Source: Trichosphaerium sp. ATCC 40318
Lineage: Eukaryota; Protista; Tubulinea
DNA: 64,000 bases
Assembly: GCA_038496445.1 (NCBI GenBank)
Contig: JALMLS010000377.1
Span: 248,001 to 312,000 of the forward strand
Reading direction: 5' to 3'
The position numbers were made by a program, and so were the translations under genes. Below the pieces are notes generated by a model, which saw only the letters and a program-made list of their open reading frames with translations, did not search any database and was not told the origin of the DNA. Positions 52,051 through 64,000 of this stretch are shown piece by piece. Every line of letters begins with the position of its first letter. The stretch's first letter is position 1.

Positions 52051-55000
52051 ATGCCACCAAAGCGGAAAAAGAGGCCAAAACGCTCCCAAGCGAAGAAATC
52101 GAAGAACGAGACAGTCGACTTGCCTGATGAAGTAGTTTTAAACATATTCACTTACTTGCCCGTTGATAACCTCAAAAACTGTAGATTCGTTTGCGTAAGT
52201 GAATAGTAAATCGATATAACTGTATTAAACTTGATAGACGCAATGGCGGTTAGTTGCTCTTGATTCAACTTTCGATTGGCATATTGTGGACAAGTTAAGC
52301 TTCACTGGCGTACGTACTTGTCCATGAGCCTTTTCTTGATCCATTTAATTTTTTTTCAAGTTCAAGCCGACAGCTGGCGAGACCGCTTGGTTCGCGGCAA
52401 TAAACCACGTCCCTGCAGGTCCCAAGACAACTGGCAGGCGTAAGCCTCATAGTGGTGCCTTGAAATCGTACGTGTCATATTTAAACGTTTACAAAACTCT
52501 CTACACGCGCTGTGCCATATTAACGACTCTTTCTTTGTAGGATCAAAGATATCTCAGAAACACCCGGGTTACAAGCAGGCGCATTGAGGTCCTTTCAATC
52601 GGGGCTTTATATTGAAGTAAGTTGGCAGTACTCCTTTCAGTTTCACGCTGGTTTGGGCTGTGTTTGAGACAGTTTTCTAATCAACTTTCTTAGCTCTTTA
52701 ATGAAGAGGACGAAGAAGTATCAGGATACGCTAAATTGCAGAGTAGTCACCTTGAGAAGTGCCATCAAGCAATTTACAACATGACATTTGACTCAAAAAG
52801 TGTCGCTAAAGGTAAAATATGGCGCGCTGAAGTAAAGGCATCAAGGAGAAGTACGTTGTCGGATTGTCCCAGTTAAAAGTGACTTTCTTTCTTATTCCTG
52901 GAATATCTTTAAACCTGACGAGCTTGTAGGCGCTGTAGTGAAACTTTACGTTAATTTTAGGAAGTAAGGGCCTTTATCAATGAAATGTTTCCAAAAAAAA
53001 AATTAAGAAAACAAGGTGTTTTAGTTAGTTAAACTGTTATTTTTAGGATAGAAACACTTCTACGCAACGGAGTTCTCACGCCTAAAAACGTGCCTAATGC
53101 AAGGATCCTTTTCCGTGCTATTTCTCGTGATCTGTATCCAAGGTTAGAGCCATTAATTGGGAGTAACGGACGAGCACTAAAAGAACAAATAATACCTGCT
53201 GTATGATTACTTCCTTTTTCTTTTCACCTTCTCCAAGTCACTCACTATTCAACCCTTCTTATCTATTTATATAGGGCATCTATAATACTATAGCTCAACC
53301 TGAATCACTTGCTGCCACGCTCTATAACTACCAACTTAACGCAGGTACAGTGCTCTGCTGCGAAGAAAAAAACTATATCTGACAATCGTTGTTTTAACTT
53401 TTTGTGTTAGTCAGTTGGATGAAGTATGTTGAAGATAACTGTAGAAAAGATCTTGGTCGCTATGCACCATACGTGATATGGGGTAAGGTATGTAGTTAGC
53501 TTAGTCAAGGAGGTAGATGTAACTAAAGGGTTTCCACCTAGATGTCTTATCAAGTTTGCTTCGATTTAAAGCAGAAAGCTATTTACCCCAAATCGTTTGT
53601 TAAAGAAAAGACTTCTCCTGCTTTTCATGGAGGAGTTCTTGGAGATGAAATGGTACGAAAAACAAGGACTACACCCTTCTGTTTATGGCATTTAAGATCT
53701 AATAGCCATTTTAGGGTCTTGGAAAGACAGTATCTGGTAAAAGAAGCTTTAGGTTTTTTTAAGTCTATACCTGATTGTTGACTGTTCTCTTTTAGTTATT
53801 GCATTAACGCTTATCTCTGAACCTGAAGACTTTGACGGAGAAGATTTTCGTCGTATAAACGGCAAATACTACTGGAACACAAACGCGACTCTTGGTAAGT
53901 TTATTAAGATGTCTAGTGTTAAAGAACATGATCACTTACTTTCTTTTTTTAGTTGCTGTACCTAATCAACTGGCGCAACAGTGGATAGATGAGTACAAGA
54001 AGTACTCAAAGAAAAAACTCAAGATAATCAAACTCACAACTGTTGGTCCTCACGGTAAAAAGACCCACAAGGATTTGGTTGATGCTGGTACAACAAACAT
54101 CTTCTTTAGAAAAAAAAAAACACGTGATAAAAAACTTACTTGATTTTTTTGTAGATATTGTCGTTGTGTCCCACCAATTCTTGTCAAATAAGAACTACCT
54201 AAAGCGTCGTACTATGCATGAAAGAACTAGTGAAGGTGATGAACCTAAGAGTCAAAAGAGCCCAAATTTGAACAGCATTTATTGGCGTCGTATTGTGTTA
54301 GATGAAGGTCACGAAAAGTTAAAAAAAGATTCCGAAGGTACAAACGAAACGGACTCTTTGTTTTCTATTTTGTTGTAATTTCGCTTTTCCTCACATATTT
54401 TATTAGCCCTTCAGTATCTCCAGTCAGAATATAAATGGTATGTCACCGGCACACCATTCCCAAGCGAGTACGTATCCTAAACCTTTAGCGAGAATGGCGT
54501 GTCTAACGGTTTTATAGGGAGTCCATTTTTAGGTGTTGTCAGTTTCTTTCTGGCAAGTCTGATTGTGTTCCACACCGTTTGACTCAGACATCGCGTAAAA
54601 GTACTATCATTCCACCAAATTCTATGACTGTAGCACGTATTTCTGGCTACCAATGGTCGATAATGCAAGGCACTCGTAAGTGCAACTTTTTTTACTCGAT
54701 TGTTCGAGTCATTCTTACTGTCACTTCTCTTCCCACCCATGCAATCTTATGCTCTAGTACTATCCTTCTTGATCGCTGGATAGTGTCTAATCCAATAATT
54801 GTAATATTGCATGGCGGGGGAAGAGGTAGCAATGTTGTATCAAACTAATACCAAAATTAGGTGTTACTGAAATTCCTAGATCACATTCTAAAAACCTTTA
54901 CTTTTATGACACAGAAGACTGTGCCATAGAATATGATACGTGCGTTACTTAATTTTTGAGGTTTTGAATAGAACAAAAAGTGACACTGTTTTCCTTGTAG

Positions 55001-56840
55001 ATCATTGCTTATCGAGTTGTTGTTCAAAAACTTTGTTTGGCGTCATACCAAAGACAGTGTTCAAGATGAGATGAAGATACCGCCTTATAAAGAACAACTT
55101 GAGCTTCTATCATTTCATCCAATACAAAGGCTAGCTTATGAATACCATGAAGCATTCGAGAGTCGAGGAGGTAACTAACAATCGTAAACCAAGAACAATT
55201 CTAGTTTTGATTAATGTTTTTTTGTTTGAAATTAGATAGCCTTGCGAAGATGTGCTCAATGCTCGCAAACACCAATTTACATGCTGCATATAACACATTG
55301 GGAGTCACCATTAGATACAGAATACAAGCTGTCCAAACTAATATCACACAATCCGAGAACACAATCAAAAACCTAGAAGCACGTGCCAGAGTAAACAATG
55401 TATGTAAAAAGTTTGACGAATTTTTTTGTTTGGTTTTGATTGTGTGGTAGGAGGAGTATCTCAGAAGTATGATCAAGCGCCAAAAGAGATCCCTAGATCA
55501 AGCAAGAAATCTCTTAGAATCACTTGAAGAATTCCTAACGAAGCACAACGCAATTGTTCGTTTTTTTCTGACTTTTTCTCTTGTCGTCTTGAAAAAGTCT
55601 TCTAACAAAACTTAAGGCTCCTAAGTCCACCATGAAATCGATTGAGTCCAAGAAATTCCAGATTGGAGAAAATGCTGTTGATAAATGTACATCTATAGAA
55701 GATCTTATCAGTGCTATTGAATTCCGTGGTATGGTTCCAGTGGATAGAGAGTCTAAGGAAGCTATGATGGATCAACTTTTACCTGTGTTGAAAAAAGAAC
55801 AAAAGTTATATGTCATGAAGTACCACGCTTCTTTTCGTTATACAAATCTATCAAATGATGAGAAAGTATTACTTTATGGTACAAAATTCGGAGCTATGTT
55901 ACAGTACATGGAAGATATGTGGACAAAGGAGCCAAGCGCCAGAATTATTTTATTCTCTAGAGTATGTTGTGAACACGTGTTTTTTTTTGCTTCGATTTCT
56001 TTGTTGCTCACGTGTTTTAGTTTACTCAAGTTCTGGCATCTGTCAAGAGAGTTCTTTGTGAAAATGGAATTTTATCTATGATGGTTCAAGGTACGAAAGA
56101 TGTTGCTGAATTGGAGAGTGAAAGAAAAAAAAACAACTAAAGTTAAAATGCTTTGCCAAGTTTTTTGAAATACTTTTGTTTGTTGTAGACCTTTCTTGCT
56201 GAACTGTTGCCTAGGCAATGTCTTTGTTCGTGAAAAGGCAATAAAGTCCTTTAAATCAGATTCTACTAATAGCGAGGAGTACAAAGTACTCCTAATGAGT
56301 TCCGAAAAAGCAGCTTCAGGAACAAACCTAATGAACGCAAAAGTTGTCATTTTGTTGGGTAAGTTTTATCTTCACATCTGACATATCTAACTCATGAATT
56401 AGACCCGGTTAGTGGAACACATGATGAAGTAGAAGCCCAAGAAGGACAAGCAATTGGTAGATGCTACAGGTATCAACTTTTTTTCCTTTTGTTTGTCATC
56501 TCTTCAGTTTTTTTTTACTGAACATTTTTTCACTCAGAATGGGCCAATCAGAACAAGTACTTGTCCTTAGATTTCTTGTTGATAAGACAGTAGAGCATTA
56601 CTCTTACCTTGAGTATAAAGAAGGAGCAGCATCACGAAAGAAAGCAAAGAAAAGTAAGTTACTGCCTGTTGTCTATTTTTTTTATCAGATTTCTAACACG
56701 TGTTTGTAACAGAACAAGCATCTGCTGTTAAAGCAAGGAAACCTCTTCTTACTAGACAAGCAAGTTTCTCTGGTGCTTTTGCTGGCTCATCAAAATTGAT
56801 GAGTAACTCACTATCAGAACTTGTTGGATTGAAGAAGTAA
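52051..56840 (+). CDS. F-box + SNF2-family (Rad5/16-like) helicase/ATPase
   Basis: DLPDEVVLNIFTYL (F-box), GGVLGDEM/GLGKT, WRRIVLDEGH, WYVTGTP, SGTNLMNA and EGQAIGRCYR/MGQ. Confidence 0.85.
54724..54827 (+). ncRNA. Candidate intronic long hairpin (pre-miRNA-like)
   Basis: tctcttccc-a-c-ccatgcaat pairs with attgcatgg-c-gggggaagagg, with an inner stem tactatcc/ggatagtg, inside an intron of about 180 nt. Confidence 0.4.
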
Positions 56841-56980
56841 CCGAAATAACCCTTTTTACCTAATAAAAAAACAAAATTTCTTGAAAAACTATTCTCTGGT
56901 CTGGAGTGAGCAATACAAAATTTATTTGGGCTAAAAATACAAGTTCTTGCAATACCAAGTATGCTTCCAGAACTTTCCTA

Positions 56981-58413
56981 TCACGTGGTCTTTGTGGCTT
57001 CATCAGGCAATGCAGTACACCATGGACAAAACCTATGTAAACTTGTGAACAAAACATCATTTTAGGGCAAAAGTGCGCTTACTTTAACTTTTCTCGGAGT
57101 ATGCCGTGACATGGACCGCAATAGCATTTGCTACAAGTGTTGCATGAAACAAATAAAGACTCAGCCACTAAAGACTTATCACCTAAATTGCACAAAGAAC
57201 AAATTGAATGAGGCTTGCTAACACGTGACATTTTTGGAAGCGACAGTCCATTGTATTCGCTCTTAAGCATGTCCACTGGCCTTACCAGTGACAACATACA
57301 TATTGGACATACCCTCGGAACAGAACACACCTTCGAGAGCGTAAGCTATTATCATCTTTAAACTTTGCACATACCATTGCCATACAACGTGGACATTGAG
57401 ACAGTGTTTCTGCCTTGTGTAGCTTCAAGTGACAAGCACATAGACCACTTTTTGTAGACCGCTTCACAACGCCCACTTGCATTGTTTCAGATACCTTTTG
57501 TGAACTCATAAGAGAATTAATCTTATCGGCATAACTAAGAAGACAATCAGCAACTATTTCAACGCCAAAAACTGACTTGGTTATCATTGCATGCAACTCC
57601 ATTCCATTTGTCGCTGTATAAGTGTTAATGGTGAAGAAAACAATCGGTAACTGTTCATACCTATAACATACTCGCCACCTGTCTTTTGTGTTATAATCTT
57701 TGGTAAGTAAAACTCGGCATTTATCCCAACAATGGATACTTGAACATTCATTACGTTACACTTTTCAATGGTCTTCATAATATCACCAGAGTCATGAGTA
57801 GCATGAGACGCCATTATAACCATAATGTAGCGCACTACAGAAGGTCCAGGATACTCCCTGTTCAACGAAGAAATGAGAATCGTGCAAGTACTCAAGGCAA
57901 CGCACGAGAGAACTTGAAGAGCAAGTTTCATTCCGTTTTCCAAAGACACGTGTCCTCCTGGTGATTTTAGTTGAGCCAGTGTGGCTCTATAAATGTTGAC
58001 ATTAGATACATATGCTAAGACACGAGAAAGATACAAATTTAAGCGCTGCTGGTTGTTATACAATGACGTTTAAGGTTGTGTTTTTGGGCGTTTTTCAAGA
58101 ATTGTTTCACTTGTGAGGTGTCAGTAATGGTTTTATACGCGTACGTTAATGCTGCTTTGCTCTGTAAGTCACCTACACGATGAATTTACGCTTATTGGAG
58201 TAAATACGCTAACGAACCTTCCAAATTCACTAACTTTGCGTTTTCTTGCATTTTGATGAGCTTGACACTTGAAAGCGGATTCTTTTGTTTAAAGTACGGG
58301 AGAAAACCACGTAAACCTGCTAACATTACCGCCAGCCTGCTAGGCAGAATATCACGCTCTAATACAGCCTTTGAATTGTCTACAAGAATGCATAGACACG
58401 CATTTCGCCTCAT
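56981..58413 (-). CDS. GTF2H2: TFIIH p44/Ssl1-like subunit (divergent; start uncertain)
   Basis: vWA segments (ILVDNSKAVLERDILPSRL, NPLS, SLENGM, DSGDI, VSIVGINAE, KTGGEY), then CACH, CPRC..VC..P..CPIC and a C-terminal Cys-rich finger. Confidence 0.8.
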
Positions 58414-58699
58414 TACTACCTATTAACAAGCCCACGTACTAGTGGCAACGGTACTGATACCCAAAACCTATTAACAACACAAAGAAAGCTTACACATGAC
58501 TTAACAAAGATCACTGAACAAGCTCCACTGTACTAAGCGTAACGCATGTGACACGTTTCTTTTTTTTTTTTATTAACTAGTGTTCACTTACACTAAAATA
58601 CAATCAAATTCACAACACCATCTTCTACAAAGAACTTAAGAGTTCTTCTTTTTTTTTTTTGAGACAGTTGTGAAGTAACTAACATTAAAAAGAAGCCAA

Positions 58700-61600
58700 C
58701 TACTTTTTTTTGGATTTCTTCTTCTTTCCTTTGCCTGTCTTGAATAAACTACGTTTCCGCACTGGTGACGTATCTAAAAACTATCAGAAAAACAATGAAA
58801 GACGGTGTAACAAGGTATTACCAGTATCCACCGTTGATGACTCTAAAAAGTCAAGTGCATTTTGTAAGTCTTCACGTAAGTTTGCATCAGACGTGTCAAG
58901 TGTTCTTGCACTCTGCTTTTTATTCTTCCGTACTTCGCATAATTCTTTGTAATACTGCGATTGCTTAAATCTAGGCCATATAGTACCACGCACATTAGCA
59001 AACATGTGCGCTTGTGCTTCATCAAATACCTAAAGAAATGTAAGTAAGATAAACACGGCAGAATGGTCATTAACATACGCTGACATTAACAGCATCTTTT
59101 GAATCGAGCTGTGCTTTTATAGGACCCTTTAAGTCCGCATCTATAGCTACTTCATATTCAACACCTGGTTCTAAGTACCTAAATCCATACGTGTTAGTTT
59201 TTCCTACTTGTATTCTTTTTTTTTTAATGGAACATACTTATCCCATATGTATTTAACTAGTTTTTTAGCTTTGTCTTTATCCTGCTCTAATCGAACCTTC
59301 TCAATAAATAGAACGAATTCAAGTGCTTCTATTGTATGCTGTGCAACCAAGAATTTTTTAAAATACTTGAGCAACACTGGATCACGAATCTAGATAGACA
59401 TTTACAAAAAAAATAGCAAAGAAAACTAAAAGATACCTTGTCAATGATCAAGCGTTTGTGACTGGGTTCGTGAGTTGAAGGGGATGGTGAGTTTGGCGTA
59501 GATCTAGCCTTGGCACTCGAACGCATAGGCGCAGATGGTCGGGTGGGCATGGATCGGCTTGTAGCAACTGTACCACCACGTATAGTGCTTGCAACAGATG
59601 ATTGGCGCTCACTCAAAGGTGCACGCTCTGGTTTGTCTCGTTGAAACAACTTGAACGCCTGGTTCTTAGGGCGTCTTGAAGAACTCTTTAAAGTTCCCTA
59701 AAGCAAAAAGACGTCAGCTGAATGATGTTCAGGTTGTTTAATGAAGGTCATACAGAATTTGAAGAAGACGACAAGTCCTCATGTAGAAATGCTTCAGCAT
59801 TTGATACTTGGAATTTTCTAGGTGTTGTTGCTTTATCTATAGATGCTGGCTCTCTTTGTACAACAAGAGGTCCTATTATCATTCGTTAAGCAAAAGAAAA
59901 AAAGGAGAAAAAAGTTGTTTACCTTGAGCTTCTGCATCTTTTTTACAATGTGCCCAATGTTTAGAAAAATCAGCACTTAAACTGTGCTTTAAATATCTAG
60001 AAAATAGGACGTTCAATAACCCTTGTAAGCGAGCTTGAACTTTATTGAATATAGTGGGTGTGGGATTTATTAGTGCCATAGCTACTTCATCACGTAACTT
60101 TGGAGATATATTTATAAACCTGCATTTTATTAGCTAATAAATAACACCAAAAAAAAAAAATGACTACGTACTCCGAGTTGTATGATGTATCTGTCATATA
60201 TTTTGTATATAATTCTTTGGCCATTTTTATTCTTTCCTTATCACCAACTTCCAAGTCATTAAACCTAGGACGATTCGACAAATGAGTATGAGAAATAAAA
60301 TTAAAATCCTAAATATTTCTGAAAGCCCGAGAAATCAGCAACGTACTTGTGTATCAATAAATAAAACTGTACAATTGGTAATCCATTCTTATGGCTTGAA
60401 CAGAACCTTAAAAAGTACTCCAATGGAGCAACATGTCCAATGACGCTTGTTAAATCAGTATTGAAGGTTCTAGCTTGACCTACAGTTTTTGTCAGGTCCA
60501 ATTAAAAAATAATAAAAAAATACAAAGCAAAATTATACTAGCTTACGTCTGAACGGCACCAAGCTTTTACCATAATTGGCGAGTGCTGATGCATACATAT
60601 CAGAACCCACAAACCTAGGAAATGAGCAAGTTCTCATTAAACCAAGTATCTCCTTGGCAGCTTGTGTAAATAAATCCGATGTAATATTCTCTCCTCGAAT
60701 GTTCTGTTCAATTTCTAAACAACTGGTTAAACACCAATACAAAAAAGAAGAAAAAAAATATTTGAAAGGGCCTGACTGGATTCGAACCAGCAACCGATTG
60801 GATTGCGACCAATTGCCATACCATTAAGCCACAGACCCTTGCGTTAATAACAACACCACCCACGGTTTTTTCCGCGCCGAAAGGATAGTGTTTACAATGC
60901 AGAGGCTGAGGTGGGGGGTTTTTTTTTTGTCATTCATTGAAAATGAAAATAAAAAATTGTAACTTACCATCACGTGTGGGACTATCAATATTGATACTAC
61001 TTGGCGCTTCTTTTTGTACATAAACTCTGAATATTTCCTTTGCCATATCTGCTCGCTCATACGCATCAGACGCTAGGTTTATATAAGGCAAGTTGCTGTT
61101 CAGAGAACCAAGGACATAAAAACCCTATTTTAGATAAGATCATACATGTCAGTTCCTCGTAACGCTTCACTTTGAGCCAGAAGTTTATATTTTCAGTAGA
61201 ATGTTGTTTTACACTGTATTCCTGTACAAATCATTAACATTTCAAAAAACATAAACCATCCATACTTTAAACGCATTTAACATTGCAGGGTCATTCACAA
61301 TATCTATGAATTTAGCTTTGGCGCGTTGCTATTAAAGGTTATTAACGTTGACACACGTGTATAATAATAAAAAGTTAGTACATCGTCGATAGGGCTTGTG
61401 GCAGCTGTTTTATCTGATTTCGCCTTATCCATTAGATTTATTTGGGTAACAACATTATTGAGAGCGTCCTTCGTCTTTGTAGTAATTTGTGTTTGACATT
61501 CAACAAGCTTACAAAAAAAGAGCGTTAGCAACATAAACAATAAAAGATGACAACAACCAATCTAACAAAAACAATGTACCATCGTTAGAAGTTGCGATAC

Positions 61601-62413
61601 GGCGTCATGTTGCTTAGTACCAAATTGTTCTAAGACTGCGCCAAGAGACAAATATGCTTGTTGGTATTTGGCAGTATGAACCACAACGTCATTTAGGATC
61701 TGGTTTTTGACAAAAAAAGTTAGCATTTAACTATCTCTGGAGGTACACAAAAAAAATGAAACCATTTTATTTCTGAGCACCTGATGATGTCTCCCACTAT
61801 CAGCATTAATGTCGTCTTCAGCGAGGTTTGTCCTCAATCTTTGTCTTGATTCAGTAAAATTTGCATGATGTTTTTTAATATCGTTAGTAAGATCCTACAT
61901 AGCATATGTGAGCGTCAACAAAACGTTCAAGTGGTTTTTAGGGTTTTTTCGTTAAGTACATTTATATGGCGCCACAGGTCGTCTCCAAAGGTGGGGAATG
62001 ACATTTTACCAAGTGTCCCAGCTACAGCCTTGGTCTAAAAATCCATCGGTTAGCAGTGGATGCCTTTATTTTAAAAAACCCTGTACCGTGTCATTCGAGA
62101 TAGTTGATTGAGCCACGAAGAGACAGTGTGCAACATTAGAGAGGCTTTGGTCTTCGTCAGGTGTAGATAATTGTAAGAGTAATTCCGATAGCTGTTGGCT
62201 CGTTCTTTGTAGTGCTATAGCGTTTAAGGATATACAAACAAGGTAAAATACGAAAAAGGCAAAAAGGGAAAAAAAAAGCCAGGCAGTCGTACTGAACAAT
62301 TGTTGGGTGTAATTGTTAACCAGTTGAAATACTTTGTCCCAGTGGTTTTTAATATTTAGCGCGTTTCGCGTGTGGGCTTTAACTTTACGCCTTGTTGCGC
62401 AATCTGCAACCAT
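58700..62413 (-). CDS. Protein with helical (BAR-like) N-terminus and three RGS domains
   Basis: RGS signatures STENINFWLKVKRY..SINID..LFTQAAKEILGLMRTCSFPRF, PIVQFYL..IFNKVQ and SIEALEF..YEVAID..IWPRFKQSQYY. Confidence 0.78.
60767..60838 (-). tRNA. tRNA-Cys(GCA), intronic, with atypical C33
   Basis: GGGTCTG/CAGGCCC acceptor, U73 discriminator, ATTGG-TCGCAAT-CCAAT anticodon arm, GGTTCGAATCC T-arm and a downstream T-run terminator. It lies within RGS gene intron 60715-60967. Confidence 0.85.
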
Positions 62414-62882
62414 GTCATCATAGTACGTCTAAGAGCAATATACATTATACAACAACCCTATCAACTACCAAGTGCGTACGTTAAAGCGATAACTCGCCGT
62501 GCTAGTCATAGGAGAATAAACAGAGGTTATTTCGTTTACTTAAAGACCAATTGTTCGTGCTGTAGCGTTGTTCGTTTTAGTTTGCGAGTTTTTGACTTAA
62601 ACCGAATTGCATTATACTGTTTACTGTTACTTGCAATACCGTTTCATCACGCCCAACCAGAGAGTAGGCAACGAGGCGGTGAAACCAAAAAACCGAAAGA
62701 AGAAAAAACGCTTAGAGCGTTAAATGATTGAATCCTTGATAGGTTTTTGTATTAAATTGAGGTGCGATTTGTTCGTTCTAGGCTTTGCAAACGCATTTTG
62801 GGGGAAGTTTAGGATTTATATTTTTTCACAATCCTACAAAAAATTGTTGCATAGATTTACATGCGCTGTGTACATTTGAAGT

Positions 62883-64000
62883 TTAACCAACATTCAACAA
62901 GCGCGAAAAGAAGCCTTTTCTAGCATGTCTCATTTTTGCAATTAGTTCATCGGGTTGATGATACCAATCAGGTGCATCTTGACCAGGTGGATACCTGTAG
63001 TTTAGTAACAGCTCGCTATTCTTTACAGTCTCTGTTGTGATTAAAACTACGCCACTACACAAAGTTAGAAAAACAATTACAATAATTAAGAGATGGGTGG
63101 TAAGGTATGTTGGAGAAAAAAAAAAACAACAATCGAAAGCATATATATGTACTTACCGCCCTGCTGCAGTGAAGGTTTGATGCCCGTAATATTTGCTGTT
63201 TGCATCATCTTCAAAGTATTGATGCGGTATGTATTGCTGAAGCTCAGGAGCAAGCCAGCCAGGATAATCGAATCCGAAAGGTAAGACATTTGCAGTTTGA
63301 CCACGTGCAGGATGATTAACATATTGCCCTATTGCAAATTGGTTTCTGAACTTTGCCAGTTCATCAATCATAGATTTTCCTCCTCCACTGGTGGCTATGT
63401 GGTACAGCTTATTTTGGACCTTGGAAACAGCGTTCTCAGCTACTTTGTCCCATTTGTTGCCATCGACAAATATGTCATCGTATCGCCTAAATGAGCACAA
63501 AATAAATAAGCTTTGCTTTTTAGGTGGGGGGTAAAGAAAAATTGTTTCTTAACACTAATTTTACTCTCACCGTATCAAGTATTCATTCTTAGCACCTACA
63601 CTATCAACGTATACAGAACCAAGTGACTGTGCGTAGTGGACGAAACCGGGATAAAGTACAATGACAGTGCCAGGTAACGCTTCTCCCTTGACGTATACAC
63701 CGTATCCAGACGATGGGTGATCAATCTCCGACTTTGTGACGGATAGTGTAAATCCGTCTGGATGCTTAATTTCCTTTCCTGGATTGTAAATAGCAATGTC
63801 ATGGTCCTCTGAGCGCTCTATCAAATTCTCGTATTTCTCACTCTGTTCTCATGGTTAAAAAAAACCATTTGCTTTTGCACGTGTGTAATTGCTAATAATT
63901 TTTCAAATGAACAAAGAAAAAAAAAGGTACCACGTGCTTCTCCAGCTTCTGAGGATGGAAAATTGGCTTTGGATATGGATTAAACCCTCCGTCTTCATTA
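62883..64000 (-). CDS. SETD9-like SET-domain protein (5' end outside window)
   Basis: SGYGVYVKG..PGTVIVLYPG, NEYLIRRYD, AIGQYVNHP and ELLLNYRYPP..PDWY. Confidence 0.75.

Noticed and set aside
1-64000. Alternative genetic code as an explanation for the fragmented ORFs
   Set aside because: Stops fall in introns, and conserved proteins (SerRS, ASS, GH27) translate cleanly with the standard code after splicing.

Overview
Gene-dense, AT-rich (about 35% GC), intron-rich eukaryotic (protist-like) genomic DNA. It uses the standard code and mostly short introns of about 40-60 nt. I reconstructed about 24 spliced genes by hand. Housekeeping-type genes include an Abp1/drebrin-like protein, a TFIIIC WD40 subunit, GH27, GT23, argininosuccinate synthase, a DHHC acyltransferase, ferlin, GH13, RBM48, SerRS, a RhoGEF, an F-box-SNF2 ATPase, TFIIH p44, a multi-RGS protein and a SETD9-like protein. 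An intronic tRNA-Cys is also present. The most notable locus is invisible in the ORF track because it is split by introns. It is an OAS (2'-5' oligoadenylate synthetase)/CD-NTase-family nucleotidyltransferase on the minus strand (about 24.6-26.2 kb) with a probable C-terminal membrane anchor. It lies head-to-head with an almost intronless F-box-like/MORN-variant repeat gene, followed by decayed copies of that gene, forming a candidate immunity/conflict island. Other signals are a Crinkler-like REase-kinase, about 60 CACGTG palindromes concentrated in introns, frequent GC-AG introns, and hairpin cassettes in the longer introns. All exon joins are manual inferences, and several single-base frame breaks may be assembly errors.
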